DNA of 64,000 bases from Octopus vulgaris (lineage: Eukaryota). This document shows, in pieces, positions 26,031-38,000 of the stretch (positions within the stretch are counted from its first letter, which is position 1; the number at the start of each line of letters is the position of its first letter). The stretch is taken from the NCBI GenBank assembly GCA_951406725.2, contig OX597817.1, positions 112,344,001 to 112,408,000 on the forward strand. The letters run 5' to 3'. The position numbers and the translations under genes were made by a program. The notes under the pieces were generated by a model. It ran no database searches, had not been told where the DNA came from, and saw only the letters and a program-made list of their open reading frames with translations.

Positions 26031-29000
26031 TGTTATATTACATGATGTTAATTTTTGCTTTTTTTCTGCCAAATAAACACACACACTATATATTCGTTCT
26101 TCATTCATTTTAACTTTTGTCCATTGCCTGGAAATCTTTTGTAACACATCTGTGACCTCTTCAGTGACACTTTCTGTCTTTGTGTATTCTCCTGTGATGA
26201 AAGATTCCCAGGCAATGGACATTGGTCAAAATAAGAAGAGTAATAAACAAGTGAAGAATAAATATATAGTGCATGTGTTTATTTTATAAAAAAAAAAAAA
26301 TGACCATCCTGAAATATAACAATATGTATTTCAACACACAGTTTCACATCAGGAATTTTGCAACACAAATTCGTAAACATATATATATATACATACACAC
26401 ACATGCACACACACACACACACACACACGCACACACACACACACACACACACGCACACACACATACACACACACACATGCACACACACACACACATGTTC
26501 CAGACATGATTTTATTGCTGAATAGAGTTATTACATCATGTTAAAAAAAAACATTTTCATCAGGTGAATATATGCACAAATTAAACATTATAGAAATTCA
26601 TGAATTCAAGTATGTGGCATATATATTATATGACACTTCTCTCAGATTCTACTTGCAAGGCATTGGTCAGCCTGGAGTCAAAGTAGAAGTTACATGCCCT
26701 TGCAGACTTTTTTTTTTAACCTGTGCTTCATTTTTGCTTTTACAGGGACGAGCAAAAATGGCAGAGGCACTGAATACTATTACCGTCTCGACTATATCCG
26801 GCATACAGTTGACATCAAGTACGTTGTCTGCTGTATGTAAATACACAGAAGAATGTGGGAGAGAGGCTCAGGTAAGAGTGCTTGGATCAGTTAAAAGTTA
26901 CAAAGAAATTATTTATTCACATCTCAAACATTTGATGTCTTCAATGCCATGACCAATTCATTTATGCTAAATGGATCTAAAATTTTTGTTGTTTATTCTT
27001 TCACCATACTCTAGAAGTAGAATTCTTTATCACGTTCTGTTATTTGAGTCAATTTTTATTTATCAACTTCAATTTTACATTCCAATTCTCTTCTGTTTTT
27101 CCATTAATCTTATGGCTACCACATTGAGGCTTTACTCTACTTAGAACCATTGACAAACATGAAAAGAAGTGGAATCACAGCTTGGCCAAAACCAATATGA
27201 TGTTAGCCCACCAAGCAAAGAGCTGTATGTCCTCGTGAAGTACTTGGTTTTGCTTCGTTTCTGAAGTCAGGACACTTAATTATACTTATCTATAGACGGG
27301 TACCCAAGGCATATGGCTTAGTGGTTGGTTCATGATCGTAAGGTCATGAGTTCAATTCCCTGCAGTGCATTGTGTCCTTGAGTAAAACATTTTATTTCAC
27401 GTTGCTCCAGTTCACTCAGCTGGGAAAAATGAGTAGTACCTGTATTTCAAAGGCCCAGCCTTGTCACATTCTGAGTCATGCTGAATCATCTGGAAAACTA
27501 CATTGAGAGTACATGTCTGTGGAGTACTCAACCACTTGCATGTTAATTTCCCAAGCAGGCTGTTCCGTTGATTGGATCAACTGGAACCCTCATCGTTGTA
27601 ACCAATGGAATGCCAGTTTATAAATAGGTACCACACAGTTTACAGTACAAGGAAGACTGCGTTTATGTTCACCAATGAACCTGAGGAATATTATGTGAAA
27701 CCACTATTGAATCTTAAAAGATAATCACCAGGTCAGCCTACTCCAAGAATCTTGGTCCTGATTATAACTAAGTCTTCTCAGATTATGACAAGATTTTGAG
27801 TATGAGGTCCTCTGTGCAGCTGTTTAATGAGTATTAGGAATTTAGTTTCATGTGGAAAATATCATCTGGCAAGTATCGTTAAATGAATTTGATTTTATCC
27901 TCAAATGATATTGATTGTATATTTTATTGATTCAATTTTTATCATTCCAGAAAGCTGTTATAACGAATATTGAAAAGATGTCTGACACTTTCAAAAAACT
28001 TGGCCGAGGTACTCCAAAAGAAGAATTAGCTGTTGCAGGAGAATCCTTAATGGCTACTATCGGACAGGCTCTAGAGGTGATTACATTTGAAATTGAATTC
28101 TTCAGTCATATCTGTAATCATAAAAAAAAAAAGAAATCAATGAAAATAATTTGGAAACAAAATTATTTTAACCTACAAACATAAGGACTCTATTGCATGA
28201 TAAATTTGTGTCATTACATGGTTGATTCATTAGGAAACTACAGGGGTTGGACAAAATAATGGAAACACCTAGCATCATAATTTTGAAGTATCTATAAAAC
28301 CATCAAAAGTTGGTTTATTTTTATGTTTTTTTATTTATTATTAGTGTTGCTTAATATGTTTTGCTAAAATTACTGTTTGTTTTCAGATATCATCAGGGAA
28401 AGGTAATTAAAGTTCATTAAAATCACAGATCTATCAGACTTGCAAAGAGATCAAATTGTTGGTGTTCATATGGCATGCGCTAGCATAATGAAAACAGCTG
28501 AAATGTTTGGTGTAACAAGAAATACTGACTTGAAAGTGATGACACCTTTGAGAAAGAAGGAAAAACCTCCTTGTCAAAACAAAACTCCAGAAGAAAGTCA
28601 AAACTTTCATATAGGGACCGTTGAACTCTTATGTGAATTGTTAGAAAGGATTACAAAAGTACAGCTCCCAAAATTACTGCAGAGCTTAATGAATATCTCA
28701 AGAATCCAGTTTCTACAAAAACTGTTTGACAGGAGCTGCACAAAGCCAGATTTCATAGGAGGGCTGCAATCAGTAAACCACTACTTTCGAAAACAGACGT
28801 TGAAAAGCATTTAGAGTGGAGTAAGAACCTTCAGAATTGGTCCCTAGAGGAGTGGAAGAATGTTATTTTCTCAGACGAGTCATCCTTTACCTTATTTCCA
28901 AACACCGGCTGAGTATATGTGTGGAGACTGCCAAAAGAGCATTTGACCCAGACTGCCTTCTTTCAACTGTTAAACATGGAGGAGGATCTGTGATGATCTG

Positions 29001-32000
29001 GGTGGGGTAGCTATATCTTGGAAATCTACCAGCCTAATGATTTTCCTTCATAGCAGAATTAACAGTTAAGGCTATTTAAGCATTTTATCTGATCAAATTC
29101 ATCCTATGGCTGCAGACTGTTTCCGGAGGGAAACACAATCTTTCAGGATGATGATGTACCAATTCATACAGTTAAAGTTGTTACTGAATGGCATGAGGAA
29201 CATTCTAGTGAAGTTGAACATCTTATCTGGCCACCACAATCCCCAGATCTCAATATTATTGAACATTTATGGTGCATTTTAGAAAAACGAGCAAGGAGTC
29301 AATATCCTCCACCACCATCACTACAAGAACTGGAGACTGTTTTAGCTGAAGAATGGACACAAATTCCTTTGGAAACAATACAAACTTTGTACAAGTCCAT
29401 ACCTTGTAGAGTTCAAGCTGTAATTACTGCCTAAGGCAGTCCTACCCTATATTAAAATAAATTTGTTTGAAATTTTAAGGTGTTTCCATTATTTTGTCCA
29501 ACTTCCGTATATTGGCAATTACCTATTTATATGGCAAAGAGGCTATTCTCAGTTTTGAGGTGGACAATGTCACATGTCATTTACCATAGTGATGAGCAGT
29601 GACCAAAGTATAGCTAGTTTGTTGCACCGACGGCATCATGCACTAAGACTAAATTTAATCAACCTTACTCTCTGACTTAGTCCAGGTGACAGTATCACAC
29701 TGTTAATTCTCAGTTTCTTCAGGATCAGGCTGGAGATCAATTTTCAGTCTCCAACTGGAAAAGCCAACCATCAGAGCAAAATTAAATAGTGAGTTGGCAC
29801 TAATATCAGTAGCATGACACAAATGACAGTGTTGAAATGGAATATCTCTGGTCTTAACTCTATAGGAATATTCATTGATTCATCCTAGTAGGATTACACA
29901 GGTACTGTGATAGAGAGGTTACTTCAATCAGTGTAACTCTTTAACTTCAATATGCTCATAGTGATCCTGCTATCTTTCCATCACTGTCATAACTCAAACC
30001 AGTGTAATGAAATGTGTCCCTTTTGAAAAAAGTGAAAGAGCAGATGTTCCACTCTGCCCAAATACAATGCTCAGGCATTATGGAAGTGACATAAGTATTT
30101 GCTGATTTTCTTCTTGACCTTTTGACAAGAGCTTCTTCTCAACACAGTTTTGACTGAGCTGGCCAAGCTATCCTTCTTGTAACCTTATCCTAGTTCCTAT
30201 CCACCTGGAGATCTGGATCAAATCAGATCCCAAGCAATTTAACTGGTCCATCTATCTGGTACCCACTGATGCTGTTGGGCAATGTAGACTTGTTTCTTTA
30301 CTATGATGCCAACAATCTTGATTTCCATAATATCATTATTCATGGACACAGAACTTATGCATTTCAGTTCAGTTGGAATGCCTCTATCCTAAACTCACTC
30401 TCCAATTATCATTATAAATTTGTGATATGCATGCTTTTCCTAAAGGCATTAACTTTCTCAAGTAATAAAGCAATAAGCTAGAACTGATCCTGGATTATTC
30501 TACTTATCTAATTTTTTCCCACCACTTGCAAGTCTCTAGTGGAACAATAACAATAAATTTTTGTTTATGTAGTCCGTGAATTCTCACATCACCAATCCTA
30601 TTATTTCTGACATGGAATCTGTTGCTGAGTTTATGGTGTATGATACTGATTTAGACAGTGAACAAGAAAGTAAGTGTACATATTTCTCAGATAAGTTATA
30701 TTATTTGTATCTGTGGTTTTCCTATGTTATTAATTTGGCTCCTATGTCCGCAACCACTCTTTCTTTCCTTCTCTGAGTGTCTCATTAAAACATTGCATGT
30801 ACTACGTCCTCGTGTTGTTGTTTTTTCTTGTCTTTTTTCTCTGTTTTTTTTTTAAAACTATATATATATATAAAATTATATATATGTAAATGTAATATGT
30901 GACAATTATTTGGTAGCCATGATAAAACTCCGAGTTTCAGATGCTGGGGTGGAAATCCACGCTGCCGGCCGGATAGCTGAAGAGATGGCAGTGTGGATTT
31001 CCACCCCGCCATTCGAAACTCAGAGTTTTATCATAGCTACTGAATAACTGTCACATATTACATTTACAGATAAATTCCTCAATTTATATAATATTGAGGT
31101 CTCTTTCATTCTTTTGTTGTCTTAACATTTTTATCAATAATTATATATATGTATATAAATTAATGATAAGAATCCAGTAAACTAGGCACATGAACAAGTA
31201 GGCTGTCAGAAATGGTTAGGTATGATAACATAGAGTTCATAGTGTGTTAAATAGCCACGAATGTATCAAGTGTTAATAGGGTATTGTAGATATGTAAGTA
31301 CCAAATCTAATTTAAACTGTAGATCTGATACTGGGGTTGGTTTCAGGTGTGGCATTGGATAAAATGAGAACACAGATAGCATTTAAAATTTATGACAGTT
31401 ATTTCAGTAGAATTTTAATAAAGTTTTCATAGATTAAATCCACCATCTTCAGGTGAGATGTGAAACAGGTGAGATTCCATACATTGAACATGATGAATCC
31501 AATATCATTGAATAAGTGATTCTTTAAAAAATAACATTCATATTCATAGGAAAATTAGAAAGACTTGAATGAGCAAGTGAAAATCGAAAATATAAAACAA
31601 CTATATTATTTAAATTCACTTATCTAAATTAGTTTGTAGCTAATACAGGTGTCGAGAACTGTGGAGTTTAGGTTTTATAGACTGTGGAGACCTTAGGAAA
31701 CTGCTTTCATCAAATTCTCATTATTTATACTCAAAAGAATTACAACAGTCTTGTATTTACTGAAGATTTCAGAGACAAAATGCTTATTGTTAGTTGTCTT
31801 ATCTTAGAATATCCCCAGTAAGCTTGGTTCTGTAAAGTTCACACCATTAATCACTGAAAAAAAAAAAATTGGCAAAAGAAGGATAATTTATTTTTGCTTC
31901 CATTACTTAGAAACTACTGCTGGTCATTAAATGTCTGACCTTATTTAGTTTCATACTTTTACATAAGATTGGGTTTCCTATGTTCACTCCATTGCAGAAT

Positions 32001-35000
32001 GAAGACCTCTGGATGTTCTTTCAACCAACTATAGTCTTAAATAGAGAGGCCATGAATTTGAGCTTGAGATCATACTGATTTGATGAACCTACTCTACCAC
32101 ACTGGTTCAACATAGCTTAACAGAGGGTTCAGTTTTTTATACTCTTACTCAGAAGTATTGAAGTCAATTACATCGACTTCAGTGTTCGACTAGTATTTAT
32201 TTTACTGACCCCGAAAGGATAAAAAGAAAAGATGGCCTCGATGGAACTTCAACTCAGAAGATATGGATGGATGAAATACCTATTTTTTTACTACCCATAA
32301 GGAGCTAAACACAGAGAGGACAAACAAGGACAGACAAACAGATTAAGTCGATTATATTGACCCCAGTGCATAACTGGTACTTATTTAATCGACCCCCAAA
32401 AGGATGAAAGGCAAAGTTGACCTTGGCGGAATTTGAACTCAGAATGTAATGGTGGACGAAATACCACTAAGCATTTCGCCCGGTGTGCTAACGTTTCTGC
32501 TAGTTCACCACCCATTTTATGTTATGAGTTCAAATCCAACCAAATTAGACTTTGATTGTTTACCCTGTATGATTGGTTAAATGATAACAGAAATATACAA
32601 GGACAGCTTGATCTATTATTTGAATATTGGTCTTGTAAGAATTTCAAGTTAAATTAGGACTTTTTCCATCTTTTATTGATGATGCTTTATTTTGAATTGC
32701 AAATGAAATCAAATGTATAGAAGTATTTATACCTATTATTATATTTCCTATTTCAAATAATTATTTTTCACATTTTCTATACTTTTATTAGCAATTTCAT
32801 CTCAAGATCCAGAAAGAGGATTGGATGAATTGAAATACGTAGCTAATAAAGACTTGCAAACAAAAGAAGTAAGCAAACTTTGACATAAAATGTTTAACTA
32901 TCTTCTTCAATCTTTTTTATTTACCATCATTACCTGTAAGAGTTGTGGATATTCAAGCCTACCCTCATTTTCAAGGTATCAAGAAATTAGATACATAGTT
33001 TCTCACACCAATGATGGGGATAGTATGTGGTTGCTCAGTCTGCTAAAAAAAAAAAATAGCAGCCAAGTCTTTAAATTGCATTCTACTATCTTAAAGGACA
33101 CAATGGATTATGTTGACTAAAGTGCACTATACCAGAAAAAATAGTGAAATTATCATGGCTGGACTGGGTCAAAGTCTGCCTGAGCAATGCCAACTTTTGA
33201 CTAAACAACAATGATAACAATACCTTCTGTTTCCCTTGGATAGAAGGACAGTTTATAGATTTTCACTTGCAAGCTTACAAACTTTCTCATCAATTATAGA
33301 GTGCTCTCTCTCTCTCTCTCACACACACACTCACACACACATATGTGCACGTGCACCTACACACACTCTCCCTTCTTACCACTGCCTATTTACAGTTACT
33401 TAGTATTTGACATCAAGAATTAAATGCTTTTGCAATGGAGGTGGTCCAGTGCTAATAATCCTTTCTACTCCCAACTCAAGGTATAAAATTTTGCAGGGAT
33501 GGGTATTGTCAATTTTATCAACCCCAGTACTCAACTAATACTTATTTTAGTCACCCCCAAAAGAATAAGAGGTGAAGTCAACCCCTATAGAATTTGAAAT
33601 CAGAAGGTAAAGATGGATGAAATATCACTAAACATTTTGTCCAGTATGCCAATGATTCTGCCTGCTCACTGTTCTTTAGGTCAATACTTAGATAAAAAGC
33701 ATCACTTCTTTGGTCTGTCAGCTAATATTCATTTCCCTACAAGCTATATCCACAGTAAAAGGTGAACTATCCACTGCAAGCTGACAAACCACTTGTCAAA
33801 TATACAGTGTTACAACTGAGATTGCTATAAAAGGGAATTGTTTTTACTCAGTGATAGCTATTTACAACTTGGTTGACTGAGCCATTTGTAAGGTGTGACA
33901 TGATCACAGTCACAGTACAGCATGGTTTTATGACACAATCTGTTGGTAGTGTAATTTACTGTTTAGTTAGCTATATTTCTCATCTAAACGTTGTATTTCT
34001 TTAATGTCTTGAAATATATTTTCCAAAATTTCTCAGTTGCACTATTTTGCATATTAAAAGTTTAATTTCTGATCTATTTAAATTATAAAGCAAATTAAAC
34101 ATTTACTTCTTAGGCGGTGAAAGAAAGTAAAAAACTTCGAGATTCTATGAAAACCATTACAAAGACACTATCAACAGCTCTGGTTCCAGGAGATGAGCCT
34201 TTAAACATGTTTACACCTAAAATGGACATTTCAATATCAAAATCTTCTGCAAAGTCTTTGAGCGATACGAAATTTGGAGAAGGCAGAGGGGCATTCGATC
34301 TCCCTGATTGGTGTAAGATGAAAACAGACTGTGACCCAGATGACATTGTTTCACTTGAAGTAAGAATTTATTGTTATGTTCATGTCTATCAATGTTTATG
34401 CAATTCTAATCTAAATTTTAGAATTATGTTGTATTTGTATTTATTGTTGCGAGTTAGTATGTCATTATCTGGTATATTACTGCAGAGTGTTATAGCATAG
34501 CTAATTGCTAGACTACAATAGTAGAAAATAACATGGTCTATTACAATATTATAGAAGCATTTGTTTCAAATTTAGTGTATCAACAAACATCAGAATAGAT
34601 ACATTATTTACATTATTTACATTTGATGGATATCTGTCCTCATCTTGTTTGTTGTTAACAAAACGTTTCAGCTGATATACCCTCCAGCCTTCATTAGGTG
34701 TCTTGGGGAAATTTCAAACCTGGGTTCTAATTCCTAAGGTATTTTTCGATGTTATTATTATCTTCAATACTTAGGAAAATAATCAGAGAAGACGATAGAA
34801 AGAGAATCCAACAAGATCTAGAAAAGTCGTACATGAAAGAATTTGAAATGGTGAAGACACACCAGATTAAGTAGTTTTTGAAACTCAAAGGTCAGAGAAT
34901 GAAGACTGAAGTCCGTCACTTACCTGTGAAAGCGGTAATTAATCTAAGTAGCTGACATCTAGAAAGCTCTGAAGAAGCAGTACTGAACAAAGGTCTCAAC

Positions 35001-38000
35001 TTTGTGACGACCATCAAACGCATTCCATACTTGGACATAATAGCACCTATTGAAGAGACAGCCGTAAAGATACCAAAAGCTCAGGGAGTTGATCTAAGGT
35101 GGAAAGTGAGACAGGTACTAGAAAAAGCATAACTTCCCAAACCAAACATCACTGAGGAAGAAACATTTGCTTTCAAAAGACTACAGACTGACAATTCCAT
35201 CATAATACTTCCAGCAGACAAGGGAAATGCTACAGTGGTGATGAACAAGTCTGACTACTCTGAAAAATTGGCAAGTCTCATAAGTGATGGTAGCTACTGC
35301 AAAGAAAAGAAAGACCCAATTCTGAAAACAGGAATGTGTCACAGATCTTAATGAAGAACAAGGATCACTTTACACCAATAAAGTACAGACAACTGACTCA
35401 ACAGTACAGTAAACTACCACACATGTACGGTCTTCCTAAGATTCACTAGGATGGTATTCCATTAAGACCTATAATGAGCTGTAGAGGTTCAGCATGTCAT
35501 CCACTGAGCCGCTTCCTTTCATTAGCAGAAAAGTCAACATCGGACGTGAAGAATTCCACCCACTTCACAGAATTGATCAAGAATCCAACCAGATTGTGAG
35601 TCTAGATGTGATAAGTCTGTTCACTAAAGCCCCAACTGGTGAAGCACTATTGGTGATTCAAGAAAAACTAGTGGCAGACACCCATCTAAAAGAACACACT
35701 AGTATACCAATAAGAAACTTGATGGAAATGTTGACCTTCTGTGTACAAACTACCTACTTCAATATGGACACTGATATATATCGACAAGAGGAGAGTTTAG
35801 CTATGGGTTCACCATTATCACCGATTATAGTCAATATATACATGGAATACTTTGAGAATTTGGCTCTGGGATCAACGCCACTAAAACCAACTATATGACT
35901 GCGATATGTTGATGACACCTTTATACTCTGGCCCCACCAGGAAGATGTCCAAGTGCTGTTAGATCATGTGAACTCAATAAAGCCATCCATACAATTCACA
36001 ATAGAAAAGGAAAAAGACAATTAGCTAGCATTCCTGGACGTATTAATAACACACACCAAGTATGGATTCAGGACATCTGTATACCACAAGCCAACCTTCA
36101 CTGGATGATACTTAAGCTTCAATTCCCACCATCCATACAATGTAAAGAGAGGGATTGCTCAGTGCCTAAAACATCGTGTAACGAATTTAAGTAGCGACTG
36201 TGATACAAATGTCCTCCCTCAAACTTACAAAGTAAATACAGTGATGTCACTAAGCATGAAGGTCACTGATAGCTCTTACTGTGCACACAACCATATGCTA
36301 CCATCTGGTGGTGTTCTACAGAACTAATCTGGGAACTTTTTGATACCACCTCATACTAGAAGTTATATTGAGGATATTATTTTGTAATAGAAATAAAAGA
36401 AAATCATTGAAACCTAGAAATTGTTATTCAACTAATTTATGAAATCTTAAATGCATTATTTTGATTAGTTATATTATTAGTCAGATTTGCAGTAATAAGG
36501 CTATATGCAATCTGACATTCACTGGCCATTAGCAATAGCACCAAATTAATCTAAGGACTAGATGCTTCTCTTGAGAAACAAGAATGTCACAAAAACATTG
36601 TACAAGAAGTAACCCCGTTTCCAATAAAGAGCTCCAGATGTTTCTAAAATTTGTCAAGTTCATTTAAACCACAAAGCAGATGTTATTTAGAAACAGGTAA
36701 ATAAGTGTTAATACTATCAATGTATAAATCATAAGAAAGTTATTTAGTAATAACCATGCAGCATGTGAACAAACATTATTAGTCAATGGCTAATATTATT
36801 TTCATATTCCAGCAAGTACAGAAGACAACTCCAGGCCTGTTTGAGCCTTATTGCAATCTCATCAATGATGCATAGTCATTACCATGTTTGCTGAGTTTGT
36901 GATGAGAGTATCATAATGTATTGTGTTTAGGAAAAATTTATGAGCATTTTTTTTTTTAATTTAAAAGTGTATGCAGAAATAAATCACACCAACAAAATGT
37001 TTTGTTATTTGAAAGAGGATTTTTGCTCTACAAGATAATGTGTTTTGATTGTTTAATTTTATTGATTTTGGTGTATTTTCATATTATTAAGATGGAATAT
37101 GAAGTGGACAAAACTGAGTATTTTCAACATCATTTGTTTTTTTGCATTTAATCAAGATGTTAAGCTTGCCGAAGCTGCTCATGAGATTTGTGCTGTGTAT
37201 GGAGAAGGAGCAATGCCTCAAAGCATTTCAAAAATGTGAATTTTGGCCTCAAGGTCGGATCACACATCAGTCAACCAATTGAGTTCAATGAGCCTTGACC
37301 ATTGGGTGAAGGCAGTTCACCTCAGTTTTTTTATCACAATTCTATTCCGCCAATTCTCTGGTTGTTTGACGTGGATTTTCATGAAGAAGTTGATTCAGTC
37401 ACTCTTCATCGAATTTGATTGGTCAACCAGAGTGTGATCTGTCCTTGAGGTCAAAATTTCCATTTTTGAAGTGCAAAAACCAATGGCAGGCAGTACTTTG
37501 AAGCATTGCTCCTCCTCTATACACAGTACAAATCTCATGAACAGCTTCGCGGGCTTAACACCTCAATTAAATGCAAAAAGCAAATGGTGTCGAAAATACT
37601 TAGTTTTGTTCACTTGACATTCCATTTTAATAATCTGAAAATACACAAAAATCAATAAAATTAAACAATCAAAGCACATTATCTTGTAGAGCAAAAAAAT
37701 CCTCTTTCAAATAACATAAAACACCTTGCCAAGGCAATTTATTTTTTACATGCATTTTTAAATTTGGAAAAACGCTCATGAATTATTCCTCAATCCAATA
37801 CATGTAGAAGATAGTTTTGATGACAATGTTCTCAAGAACTTTTGTTTCTTTTTTAGTCTTTCTTAATGATTAAAAGCTGTTTTTTCCTCATTTATTTTAC
37901 TTCAAACTACCAAATCTGCAGATCAGATTTATCTGTTATAATTTTGTCCTCTGATGTAAATTCTTTTCTCTCCCCACCTAGGTTATGGCAACACCGGGTA

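Noticed and set aside
28440-28814. 124-aa ORF as an independent gene
   Set aside because: It is the frameshifted N-terminus of the Tc1 transposase.
29530-30540. Higher-complexity intronic stretch, possibly an exon or old TE
   Set aside because: It has no clean splice-bounded frame or recognisable motif, and exons 8 and 9 already join in phase.
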